This document shows, one piece after another, positions 52,694-64,000 of a stretch of DNA of 64,000 nucleotides; within the stretch, counting starts at the first letter, position 1, and every line of letters begins with the position of its first letter. The notes under the pieces are model-generated. The model saw only the letters and a list, made by a program, of their open reading frames with translations. It had not been told where the DNA came from and ran no database searches. The stretch spans positions 912,886 through 976,885 of the forward strand of contig CM082597.2 of the NCBI GenBank assembly GCA_040954595.2, read 5' to 3'. The position numbers and the translations under genes were made by a program. The stretch is from Balanoglossus misakiensis (taxonomy: Eukaryota; Animalia; Hemichordata).

Positions 52694-53022
52694 CTTTTTA
52701 TTCCATACGTCTTTCTGTCTCTGTATCCTCGATAATTCGATTGAATTTTAACGGCGGCCATTTTCTCTTCATCCCTTCTTTCACGTATTTCTTTCCTCGT
52801 TTTGTGTCCACGGTAACCCGCCTGGATCTTTTGAGCAGCTTTATCCTGTCTGATCTTTCTGTTTTTCACATTCTTCCTGGTTTTGAAGCCCCTGAATCCA
52901 GCCTGTATTTTCGACGCTGCCTCGTTCTCACCATCAATGACCACGTGATCAAGATGGCTGATTTCTGGCTTTCCGGTTCCGTTATGGAGTGAACTGTATC
53001 GGCTACTTCCATCTGTGGTATG
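52694..53022 (-). CDS. SPA17-like RIIa/IQ protein, exon 3 (3 IQ motifs)
   Basis: Acceptor ccatttcccag, donor gtaag. Encodes AASKIQAGFRGFKTRK, AAQKIQAGYRGHKTRK and AAVKIQSNYRGYRDRK. An alternative acceptor gives an exon start at 53012. Confidence 0.85.
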
Positions 53023-53167
53023 CTGGGAAATGGAACAACATAAAAAATACAATTGCCATCCAATAAACAAAAACGTTCTGAATAATCACACGCAAATCGC
53101 TAGCAGTGTTATAATAATCTTGGTATGCAATTTTCCAAAACCAGAAAAATGAACCCTGATGATTTAC

Positions 53168-53301
53168 CTCGCTATGATATGTAACCTCGCTTTGGTAGCT
53201 GCTGCTCGGGGATTGGGCGACAGTGTGATCACGTGACTGGTTAGGCTGGGGTGGGTTATACTGTGAGACCAGCGTTTCCAACGTTGCAGACTGTCTTGAT
53301 T
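53168..53301 (-). CDS. SPA17-like RIIa/IQ protein, probable exon 2 (linker)
   Basis: Acceptor ttcttatctcag, donor gtaaat. Phases 1 and 0 fit both flanking exons. Encodes ESRQSATLETLVSQYNPPQPNQS... Confidence 0.55.
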
Positions 53302-53693
53302 CTGAGATAAGAATAGTTATCAAAGGTTAGTTTTGAGCTTGTTTGCAACTTCTGAAAATGGCGGAAGGATATCTGCAATGAACCGGAAATGGGCGACGTT
53401 TCCGGCGAAGCAGAAACAAATGCGAAGACTGTATAGAACATCTCTGCTGCACATCACATGACAAAATGTAACATGTACTAATAAAGGCCACATTCTTCTG
53501 CCTGGATGATGTACATTGAAAGCAACACAAGCTTTATAATGACTGGAACACCTGAAATTATATATTGGAAAAGTGAACGCTAGGTTCCACAGAACTAATT
53601 TAGAAATAATTGGCACAGAAGTAGCTTGAGAGATCATTTTCATGTATGTTCGAACTGAGTCTGATTGAGATTTTCCGCAGTCGCCCGGAGTCA

Positions 53694-54745
53694 GTATCCC
53701 ATGACAACAGAAACAGACGATGCAGCTGTCGCCTTTTTATCTTTCAGCGCTATCGATCGGCAACAGAAGCTGGTACTCATGATATTTCAATACCATGGCA
53801 ACCGGTTGATTTCACATTCGACCGTGTCGCGATTATTGATAGCTGCGATGGGCAAATTGCGTGCGCATGACATCAAGGATGCGACAGAAATACCCCAGAC
53901 TTGTGATACACGTGGGTAATAAACTGAAGATACGTACAACACAGACATGGATTGGCTTTTGTTGGTTGTCATAGAAACGCGCGATATGTAAAAGGATAAG
54001 TATGAGTTATCGCTGAAAGGGATTGATGGGAGATAAACACTCTGCACTCAATGTGACTGAATTATTCACCGATTTGGACTGGGGGAAAATAAGATGGCAC
54101 AATTCTGCACCAGTCTAAAGAATGTGATATTCTATTCAAAGAATTCTGAGTTGATAGATTCAGAGATGAAATTTGAGGTAGGGTAATGGTTGCTTTGAAC
54201 ATTACAAGCTCCCCAGGCAGAATAATTTCGCAAGAAAGAAAATCTAGTTTCATTAAAGCGGATATCAATCATGTTTAGCTGTCCATTCGATATATTGACT
54301 TGCGCGAACCAGAGCATATAGTAGATCTAATGGCAGAAAAAGGAGATGGTATTAGCTAGAGATTTGGCGAAGATAAGCATAATTTGGAAGCTCTCGGTCT
54401 TTGCCTTCTGCTTTATGTTTTGTCTCTTGAAGCGTATAGTTCTGTCTCTAACTGTCTATCTGCCTGTCTATCAATGTTTAAGGGCGCCATATTCACAGAG
54501 GAACTATTTTCTTCTGTCCTTCGCGCAATGTAAAACCCTAAGGCTTCCCGTTCATCCATGCATACTGTAGTTTGCAAGCATACACCGAAGCCAGGAGGAA
54601 TATCGACTTCATTAAACACGCTCACCACAAGGCAAAAAATAAACTTAGTTTCCTTCATCACTATGCCCAAGGGCTACAGACAACATTCACATGAAACGAG
54701 ATTTGCGTACTATGTGTTGAGTTGTTATCAAGTTGCTATGGGAAC
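53694..54745. promoter_or_regulatory. Cluster of RFX X-box-like motifs in the first coding intron of the SPA17-like gene
   Basis: GTATCCCATGACAAC (53694), AATACCATGGCAAC (53789), GTTGTCATAGAAAC (53965), GTTGCTATGGGAAC (54732). Confidence 0.45.
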
Positions 54746-57581
54746 AACGCGACTCATTTTGGTGAACAAAATGCAAGCGTTGTCCAAGGCAAATGTAATT
54801 TTGACAAAGTAATCAATCACACGATCTTTTCCCCGTTGGTCGTCGTGACCAGTGTCCTCAATTGTCTGCACTGAGTGGTTGATGCATTTAAGTTGAATGA
54901 AGTTGGGATTCTCAAAAATGCTTTCATCTATACAGACTGATTTTATCTTCTGTCTCATCTTTCACATATAACTATGATATATCATAGTCATTATGACAGC
55001 GCTTTTACTGTTCATGATACATAGTCAGATATAGAGACAGACAGGCCTCTTGACTTATTTTGTTTGCATCTATTCACTCTGGCGACCATATCACTTCCCA
55101 TCTCTATGTATTCATGCAACTTAGATTAAACTTCCCACGAAAAACTTAAGACGTCGGCTAAATAAAAAAGGAATTCATCTTGTCGAGTGTGTACTGTACT
55201 AAAAGCTTTTATGGTTATCTAGAAATTGAATTCTCAGTCCACAGTGTTAGCAAACGACGCAGCGAATGAGAATGTGAGCATTAGTCATTGATGACATGCG
55301 CCAATGCGACTTAAAAGTTAGGGCAAATTTCCTAATAACAGTAAGTGTATTTAGGGTTCGAAAATTGTCAATATGGCCGCCTAGATTATTAAAGTTAATG
55401 CCGGTTTACCCGTCGCTTCACACACAGCTCAGGTCTTCCATATACATTGTACAATATAATACCCCCCAGAAAATGTGACTTATCGAACTCTGCTGGCATT
55501 GTAGCCAGAAGCGAGTTACTCTTTTATGTAAACTAGCAGGATCCCAATCTTTGACATAAATGCTGATGAAATTCAATAGAAAATACTTCAGCAGGTCAAA
55601 TTAGAGTCGACTGAAAATCTCCGCGAATTCCATCAGAATGTAAGGAGATTATATTTTGTTCATTCCTCTCTGATATTGAATTCCGCAAGTTAATTACATC
55701 ACGTATATGGCTTAACGCATAAGCATACCACCACCGTCATCATCAGTACAAAATACAAAAAAAAACTCCGTTGAAAATGCAACTGCAAATCAGTCACGTT
55801 TTTCAATCATGCAAAAGCCATCTACACGAAGACCGCTGTTTCGTCAGTTTGTCAAATTATGAAATGAGTAAGTGCCTAAGGACTTATCATGTCTTGCTAA
55901 ATAAACGTCGATTGCAACGACGTCTTAGATTTCCGATTACCATAGTTACCGTCATAACAATGAAATACAAAGTTACGTGTTTACATGTTCAGCAAATTAT
56001 TGCCATGGCAATAGGCGTTTAAAAATTAAGTTTCTTGATGACTAAATATTAGAAAGATGTATCTTTATGATGAGACAGAATCATTTATGGAGAACCCCAT
56101 TGTTTTATTATCTAAGATTTATCTGCAACGATTCAAATAAACCCACTAGGGAAATCATAATTTTACGACTCATTAATTACGAAATAACTTTTTTTCAAAC
56201 GCTGTTAATACCCATAGGAACATTAAATGGCTTGGCTAAGGACATATTATTGTTGTATATAAAAGCAAATATGTGCTCAAGCTAAACTCACAGAGACGGA
56301 CAGGCAAACGTGAACAAAAAGTTGAAGAGCAAAACAAACTTGGAAAATATGTCGCAATGACTGATGGGTACGAGATATCCCATTTTAGTTTTCCTAATGA
56401 TAGTCATGGGAGGCAGTCTTACTGGACCGTTTAGTCATAATGCATCTCACGATCGCCCTGCATGGCTCGGCAAAATGTCAGCATATTTCATCTCACTTTA
56501 ACCCATCATTAAAGGCAGGCAAAGTGACATCGAAATAGAGTATCTCGCCATGCCATCGAATAAAACCCATTAACATGGCATGGGTGAATCACGTGCACGC
56601 AGACTCAAATCAACTCAGTCTGACAACTAACTAATTAACGCTATTACAGGAACTCGCACATTTATGAAGACGTTGATATAACGGAATTAACACCAGAACC
56701 ATCTTACACAAATCATGAGAACTTTCGCGAGCTAATGGCGAATATTGCCTGAAAGAATTGCGTGAAAGCAGATGACGCCTAGGGCCACATTTATCCCATG
56801 TTGTAAAATGGAGACAAAACTATTAATCTTCATTTACGAGCGGAGAACTATTGCAAGACTATGAATAAAGCGGAATAAGGGCACATGAACATGTAGGCTT
56901 AATCTTTCTATATCCAAATGAAAGTTGACACGTGTTATATAAAAACACTTCTGAGACAAAATACATATTTTGCAGTAACAACGAAATACATCCATGATTA
57001 CAAATACAAGTACTAGTCTGCTATTTTGGATGATATGGTGGCCCTACTACATACATGCATGGTTTCGTACCACAGTCCTATCGATTGTTTTCTGTATGGA
57101 GAAAAGCATCTAGGCCTAATATCATTATCGAAATTGCTCCGCGATTTTAGACGACAAAACCTTGCAGGATTGCCGTTCAATATTACAATAATAACCAAAT
57201 CTTGCTTGTACATATGTAACACGATATTGTAGCATATGTTTAACTTTGCCTGGGGTTACCTGAGTCAAGGGATCGGATTACCAGATACTTATTCTGAGTG
57301 GCTTATAACTGAATGCTTAGAAATTGAGGCAAATTTTGCCAAATAGTCCTGGAAGAGGCAACCAATTACACGAAATTGTCTTGAGGATATCAATGAAAGA
57401 TACTGCGGGCAAGAGAACCAACAAATCTTCATGACAGATAAACAGATAACTAAAAGACAGACAGACAGACAGCGGGCCAACTGCTCGTCACATCATGTGG
57501 TTTTTAACGTGTATCTCTAAATTTATATTTACTAAACAGTTTGCAATGTATCTCCATGACAACATGAAGACTGTGTACGCC

Positions 57582-57637
57582 CCCTCTCTCCCCCGCCCCT
57601 CGCTCTCTCTCTCCCTCTCTCTCTCCCTCGCTCGCTC
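57582..57637. repeat. (CT)n-rich simple repeat
   Basis: Directly visible. Confidence 0.8.
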
Positions 57638-58785
57638 GTGCAATAACCACGATCTAAAGCAACAGCAACCTCAACATCACCACCCACTCACGATAATCGA
57701 CTTGTACACTGATTGTGACAAACACGACTCTCATTTTAATAGGTTCCATCTCGATAAATTACTCGTTGAAAAGACAAGGGCTTATCTATGTCAAGAGAGA
57801 TTTAGCGATACGTGTTTTTCACCATCTATCCGTGGAATTAATTGAAACGTTTGTTTGGCACAAATAAGGTAATTTTAAAGGTAGCACTTTTTGCTATTTG
57901 TCTGTGTCTAACTATAATATGCATTTTTGCGCGGCTTAACGCTAAATTCAGACGAGGACGATTTATTTAAATTTCATTCATGCGTTGCGTTCATCAGTAA
58001 TCAAACGTCGTATAGCGAGTTCACGGTCGTCAAGATAACATGTTCTCTCTCCATATTGTTGTAGAATTTCATTACGCTAAACTGGCTCGAATAATCCCAG
58101 TGACGGGAGCGCCTTCACTTATGACGGCTATGAATTATTCGCGTTCCACTCTGCCGTTGTCAAGGAGACGGGATGCAATTGCTCTGTGTTGGTTGACATT
58201 GGGATAATCTCAATCAGCATGTTGTGAGCGAGTCGGTGGTATTTTGCCTGCGTGTGATTTTTGTGTGAATCGGTGGAATATCTCCATCTACTTGACGCGC
58301 ATTGTTTCCATTCAAATCTTCTCAAGCGCAAAACCGCGGCTCCGTGTTGTTTCAGCGATGCCTGTGACCCAAATATCTCACACCCGCGTCGATTTCATAC
58401 CCTACCCACTACTTTGTAATTCTATTCTACAAATTCTAGACTCTTTGTAACCAGTTTCTCCTGTCTCCAGGTTTCAATGTCCCTGCTTCCATTTATCATC
58501 TATCAACAGATCTCTCCCTTTCCCCATCTCCCTGAGCGTCTCTCCCTCCCCTTTCCCACCCTCTCTCCCCCCCCATCCTTTCAACCCTCCTCTCTGTACA
58601 TGTCACATTCAACCAAAACCGACAAAGATTTGTTTCATGTCTCCGAGGAGTAGTAATACTTTTTGGATTGTCATCTTCGAACACTGCAGGCGACTGGGCA
58701 TGACAGTGGCCGGCTTAACGATGCAATGACTTCAGACAATCAACACAAGTTCTCTCACACACCAAATATTGAAGATAACACCCAC

Positions 58786-58936
58786 CTCTCATGCTCAGTA
58801 AGCTGTCGAAGTATTCCGAGGCGAACTGATAAATATTCTCCGGTTGACTTCTCAGGACTTCTTTAGCCAGTCCCTCCAGAAGAGTCTCAAAACCTTCAGG
58901 GACAGAGTACTTCATCGGAGGTTTTCGGCTCGCCAT
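58786..58936 (-). CDS. SPA17: SPA17-like protein, first coding exon: RIIa dimerisation/docking domain; joined protein about 504 aa
   Basis: MASRKPPMKYSVPEGFETLLEGLAKEVLRSQPENIYQFASEYFDSLL resembles the SPA17 N-terminus (IPQGFGNLLEGLTREILREQPDNIPAFAAAYF). Acceptor at 58941, donor gtggg, phase 1. Strict orthology not established. Confidence 0.85.
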
Positions 58937-59287
58937 CTTTCTGAACACAGAATACAAAACCAGTGGATGAAATTTTGTTGTACTACAGCTAATCAATCAT
59001 GTGGCATACATGCAACATCAGCTTACAGCCGGGAGTGAATGAGCTACCTACGTACGTTCGTCACACAAGACCCTCTAACTTGTCCGTTGATACTGTCATG
59101 ACGTGTAAGACCCCCTAAGCTTGGCTGCATTATCATACGAAATCAATACAAAGGAATTTAATCGGAACGTCGACTGGTGGCGCCCTTTACTATTGAAGTG
59201 AAAAGTTTTCCTGCGCTAAAAATCTTTTATACAATCTCACGAGTTCATGTTATCATTTTGTCATTTAAATCCTGAATAAGGCCACCA

Positions 59288-59312
59288 CAAAAAAAAAAAA
59301 AAAAAAAAAAAA
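59288..59312. repeat. Poly(A) tract
   Basis: About 25 consecutive A. Confidence 0.95.
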
Positions 59313-59494
59313 CTGACAAGTTATCATGATGTCACATATCTGAGTATTTATTGCTTAGCTTATCATGGCAGTTAAAATGTTAAAACATATCGTCTATGCA
59401 TATCACAAATTACAATTTGTGTTTTTGAGAATAAAATCAAGCAGGTTTCATATTTTTTTCAGATAGTGTTTCTGTGGCGATGTTTCCAAGCTAC

Positions 59495-59648
59495 TAAGTA
59501 CATTTCTAAGACGCTGGTACGTACACATACACAAGTTTCACAGGACACTGCACTCCTCAGTTACAAAAAAATAAGTACATTTCTAAGACGCTGGTACGTA
59601 CACATACACAAGTTTCACAGGACACTGCACTCCTCAGTTACAAAAAAA
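59495..59648. repeat. Perfect 77-bp direct tandem duplication (2 copies)
   Basis: 59495-59571 is identical to 59572-59648 (taagtacatttctaagacg...cagttacaaaaaaa). Confidence 0.95.
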
Positions 59649-59862
59649 TCTGCCGCCAGACCCGTTTACTCTTGTATTTACCAATGACGACTCCAAAGCC
59701 TATTTCTAGTAAAGGGTTCGGCATAGTATGAAAGAATTACAACGGAAATATCACTTCACTATCTGAGTATCTTTATATTTAGGTGGGAAAACAAAACTGA
59801 CAATAAATGGACTTAGCAGTACACAACAGTATATTTCTATCTCAGTGATGGCGGTTTGTTTT

Positions 59863-59888
59863 CAAAACAAAACAAAACAAAACAAAAC
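59863..59888. repeat. (CAAAA)n microsatellite
   Basis: Five tandem copies visible. Confidence 0.9.
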
Positions 59889-60259
59889 ATGTACTGTAAG
59901 CAGAAATAAACAATAAAGCATATTTCAGAGTTGGTTGCAGATATTTCACAGCTAATATTTTTTTAGCTGCTGGCAGATCTGATTTACATGAACATAAATG
60001 TAATTTGAAAAAAAAAATACATTTTTAAAATGTGAATACAAAATATTTGTCTTCAAGTATTGTGAAACATGTGAAAACAAAATTCAAGCAGCATTACAAA
60101 AATATTTTTTCGCTGAAAAATAAAAAAAAAACATCGCCATCACACTGCCTGTAAGCACAGCACTTCGGAATGTATTGATTTGTCTACAGCCTTCAAGTCT
60201 GTATCTAGATAAACACCGCCACCACAGGTAACATGGATAGATGAGATATACGTCTTTGA

Positions 60260-60442
60260 TTAGTCCTGCATAGTGGAGGCAGCGTTCTCTATGAACTTGG
60301 CCAGTTTAACGTCGCTGTCAGAGAGGCCACCAACATCATGTGTGCTCAAGGTGATTTGGACTTTGTTGTAGACATTGAACCACTCTGGATGGTGGTCCAT
60401 CTTTTCTGCCCGCAAAGCAACTCTGGTCATGAATCCAAAAGC
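60260..60442 (-). CDS. PCBD: Pterin-4-alpha-carbinolamine dehydratase (PCBD/DCoH), last exon
   Basis: My translation: [60 protein letters not shown]. Contains the diagnostic [13 protein letters not shown] and STHD motifs. Absent from the ORF track. Confidence 0.97.
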   Translation of the reverse strand, partial: AFGFMTRVALRAEKMDHHPEWFNVYNKVQITLSTHDVGGLSDSDVKLAKFIENAASTMQD

Positions 60443-60723
60443 CTGTCACAAGTTTCAAAAGACGAGATTCAGAGAAAAGTTCAGCAGTCTCGGTTACCCA
60501 GACCCCTTTGCTTCTTCCCTGGCCCTCTTTCTGAAGGGCAACAGAAAAAGCAGAGGAGTCTGGGTGACCGAGACTAACAAAAGTTGAGAACGATTTGTAA
60601 ACGCGATACTTTTTAAGATCTTGACGAAGATCACTAGTAACTCCGGTCAGATTTCTTCCATGTTACCATGTGTTCAGTAGCTCAATGTTTGAAAAAAAAA
60701 TATTTAAGTAATGACAGACGTAC

Positions 60724-60861
60724 CTGGTTGAAGTTTTTGAAGAGATATTCTTTATAGATAGCATCCCGACCGTCAACTTCTGTCCATCCTGACTGTTTCA
60801 AATCAGACAGTTTAGTGACCCTGTCCTCTCCGCTCAGCTTCATACGTTTCGCTTCAGATGC
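60724..60861 (-). CDS. PCBD: PCBD exon 2
   Basis: Acceptor ttttcacag, donor gtacgt. Encodes ASEAKRMKLSGEDRVTKLSDLKQSGWTEVDGRDAIYKEYLFKNFNQ. 138 nt, phase 0/0. Confidence 0.95.
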
Positions 60862-61550
60862 CTGTGAAAAGCATTTACATTACATTAAATCTAACTGTCC
60901 TGTGAACACCGAATGTGGGCCTCATGGCAAACTAATGTGTAATCCATTTCGAAATTGACACCGTATTCTTTGCTGCAAGAATTTGTGTGTTTTACAGTCA
61001 CATTTCATCAAAGCTGAATGCCTCTAATTTAACACGCCACAGTTCAGCTAACTTCTAATCTCGAGTGACAGCAAACACTCAATCACGATACCACGCAGTC
61101 GTACCAAACGACCTTTGACCTCCATCACCTGTTGAGTCTAGCGTGGCATGCAATCGACCTACTTACAGCGTGACGAAGGTGACCTCGCGAAACAAGGTGA
61201 CCCCTACAAGTTGCGTTGAAAAACTGCTAACACAGGGATATTAAACGTTCCTTAATTAACCGTTACTTTGGAAATCCTTACCGTAGCCATGGTTACCATC
61301 AGATAAATCACGCATAACGGTTAACAGGTTTCTTTTCAATACAAACAGATTAGCAGCTCGTTGCGCTGATAGCTGCCATGTCTCACGTGAACGCGGTTTG
61401 CTCAGAATATTCTGACCAAAGCATTGGCGCAACAGGTTCAAAACTACACAATATTGTTCTCTACTCATAAAAGCTACGATAGAGTCGTGTTCTCCCGAAT
61501 AATTCGCTTGGGAAAGGGTGAAATTCAGCAAAATTAAAGAGGCCACTTAC

Positions 61551-61583
61551 CATTCTGCCAAGACTCCGGAAGTACAGACGCAT
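61551..61583 (-). CDS. PCBD: PCBD first coding exon (ATG immediately before the donor; optional upstream in-frame ATG gives MRLYFRSLGRM)
   Basis: ATG|GTAAGT at 61553-61551, the ATG-only first-exon layout seen in vertebrate PCBD1. In-frame ATG at 61583 follows an upstream stop. Confidence 0.65.
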
Positions 61584-64000
61584 ATTGATTTACATACAAC
61601 TGTGCTTGTCGCGTGGTTAAGTAAAGCCCTCTAGCCTACTGATGATTATCAGTATGGGTTGAAAGTGACAACGATGCCTGGATATAGTATGCAGTAAGAA
61701 ATGTTGCAAACAGCGCTTCCTGTTTCTGCACACTTGCAAAACAAGAAGGTTTACTTATAAACCGGACATGACGTTGTTCAAGGACACGGTGCCTTTGTTT
61801 TAAAGGTCAATATTAGCGCAATACTCTGTGCGCCCTCAAACGTTTTACATATAACCCATTTGTTGTTATCCATATATATTCAGCATGTATGTATCAATGA
61901 ATGATGTATATTATTTATTAACTCACACAATTTCCGATAAAGAACAAAGTATATAATTTAATAAATGATAGACAAGCGAGAACAATACTATATATTAATA
62001 AATATCTCTAGATAGGTAAGTCTATATCGTTATAAAAATACAATAGTTAACAACCATCCTTTGAGGCTAAATCGAAAGTAGGGGCGCTCTGAGAAAGATT
62101 TATACATCGTAGTGCGAACATGCTTTGCATATTGATGTGATATGCCCAGATGGAGTTCAAAGGTCACCTATTACCAGCGACAACAGCTCCCTTGATATTG
62201 CGATATATAAAGCATTTTAATGCATTTTACTGAAGTCTTTAAAACATAGCACACACATACAAAGATGGCACCAAATACACCACATAAGGTGACACTAAAA
62301 ATAGTGTTCTTGAAAAACAGATTCCCTTACTGCATATAAGCTTAGTGGTCTGTGTGTAGTAAGTGGGCGATGGGGTGTTAACTCACATCCTGCTCTGGGA
62401 GTACTCATTCAAATTCTATTACCGTACTGCATTGTACGTGCTGCCTTATGTGACCTAACCTTATTTCTGCATGCCTTCAAATTGACCACGTGGGAAACGA
62501 TTCCATCGCCTAACAACACTCGTGTGCTTGTGTGCATTCCGAAAAGCACTACTTCGAGGCAAAATAACGAGGTGGCTCCTCGTCGATGTTAGATCATTCA
62601 TTCGTATCTGAGTATTCTTCAATAATAAAATATGCCTCGAAAGCGGCTTAAGAGGCCCTCTTTCGTTTACCCAAAGGGCTCTTAAAATCCTCTCACAACC
62701 TGAGCGCTTGGACTCTATGGACTCGCTATATATTTTGAAACGACGCGGAGTGATATCGTAGTGGTGTTAAGGGGAAATCTTGTTTGCCAAAAGTGGGCAT
62801 TTAATACAAAAGGTTGTATCTGTCGCCATGGTAACCGCTGCTGAATAAAAATTCCCGGCAGCGAGTTAAGAAATGGGAACCAATTTGAAGAGCGCCCCCA
62901 CTCAAGATTAGTGGTTTCAATTCTATAAATGGAATAATTATATTATTGCACAAAAATATCCCTGAAAATTGTTAACAAATTTATAACTATGTACTATTTG
63001 TGTTAATACACATGGACTTGACTAATTTTCTTCCAATGTTGAAAAAAAGTTGATAAATATAGAGAAGTAGAATTAAATCTACATAACAAAGACTTTGAAC
63101 AATATTGACAATCACTTACAAGATAGATACATGAGAATATTTCCTGATGGTAAATATGACTAGCTTAAAATCTATACATAAAAACAACGTACTAGAAAAA
63201 TACCCAGCTGCTAAATATATGTTTTTTTTCACAACGGAAGTAACACTTGCATTTTCAGGTCAAAAGTTTTAGAGAAAAAAGGTTTACAAATTCCCTTTAA
63301 ATGGAATTTCAATGGTTCAAACGACAAACTATCCAAACTTTACCCACAACTCTCATATTATCCTGTGTACCTGTCTGTGGCCAAACCTAACATGACAAAT
63401 ATACATCAGATACTAGATACGCATTTAATTAACTTTTGTTCGTCAACTTCAGTAGTTCCTTAGCCAATGTTGGAACATCCTATATTTAGAATTTCCCTTG
63501 AAATCGTTACAGTCATATCTTAAGCACTGTTTAAATTAATACAGTGACATCTGGACAGCAAAGGCCTCATACATTTTACATTTTACCAAGCACTGAGTTT
63601 TGGTGTTTCAATATCACCAGTCAGTATTTGCACTGGAATTCAATGAACATGGACATTACTTGGAGAATAAAGTATATCCCTATACTATATTTTAACAGCG
63701 TTTTACGCCAATGTATTAACCTATAGGGCTCCAAATTCTTGTTATTTTATCAAAGTGCATCAGAGAAGATAATACAAAAATAGGTAGCACATGGGGCGCC
63801 CTCCATTGAATGGTTTTAGGAGCTTTTGTGCGACAGTGCAAACATATAACTTGTATGCACATGTAATATAGTAACATCGTCGTGTAAAACTCATCGGGGG
63901 TTAAATATTTAAAATTCAAAATAGTACTGAGTATCAAGTTTCAAGACAGAGAGAGGAATCGTTATAAGCCCAGGAGGCATATAACCAATTGCAACCCCAC

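Noticed and set aside
60338-60587. Plus-strand ORFs in the track
   Set aside because: Antisense shadows of the real minus-strand PCBD exon.
1-64000. CRISPR arrays, rRNA, tRNA, prokaryotic operons or intact transposons
   Set aside because: None seen; the sequence is intron-containing animal DNA and the only regular repeats are simple or tandem repeats.

Overview
This is eukaryotic (metazoan) genomic DNA with canonical GT-AG introns and microsatellites. The gene content suggests a marine invertebrate deuterostome such as a hemichordate, but that is inference. Six protein-coding genes can be reconstructed. (1) A 7-exon GABA-B-family class C GPCR lacking the Venus-flytrap domain (GPR156-like, +, 10547-14237). 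(2) A single-coding-exon 2158-aa type II membrane protein with seven tandem GT31/Galactosyl_T domains (-, 16026-22502). (3) Head-to-head with it, an intronless B4GALNT1/2-like GT12 enzyme (+, 28373-30064). (4) An orphan disordered protein with PP1-docking motifs and a Cys cluster (+, about 48647-50135). (5) An RIIa(D/D)-domain protein with about 9 IQ motifs (SPA17-like, -, 51158-58936). (6) PCBD (-, 60260-61553). The most striking feature is the seven-domain GT31 protein. Domains 2, 3 and 6 keep both the DDD motif and the C-terminal His. Domains 1, 4, 5 and 7 have lost the His and the canonical DDD, and each carries an Arg at one of those positions while keeping the putative catalytic Asp. Together with the divergently transcribed beta-1,4-GalNAc transferase it is a candidate glycan assembly-line locus. 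All exon boundaries were read by eye; no database searches were run.
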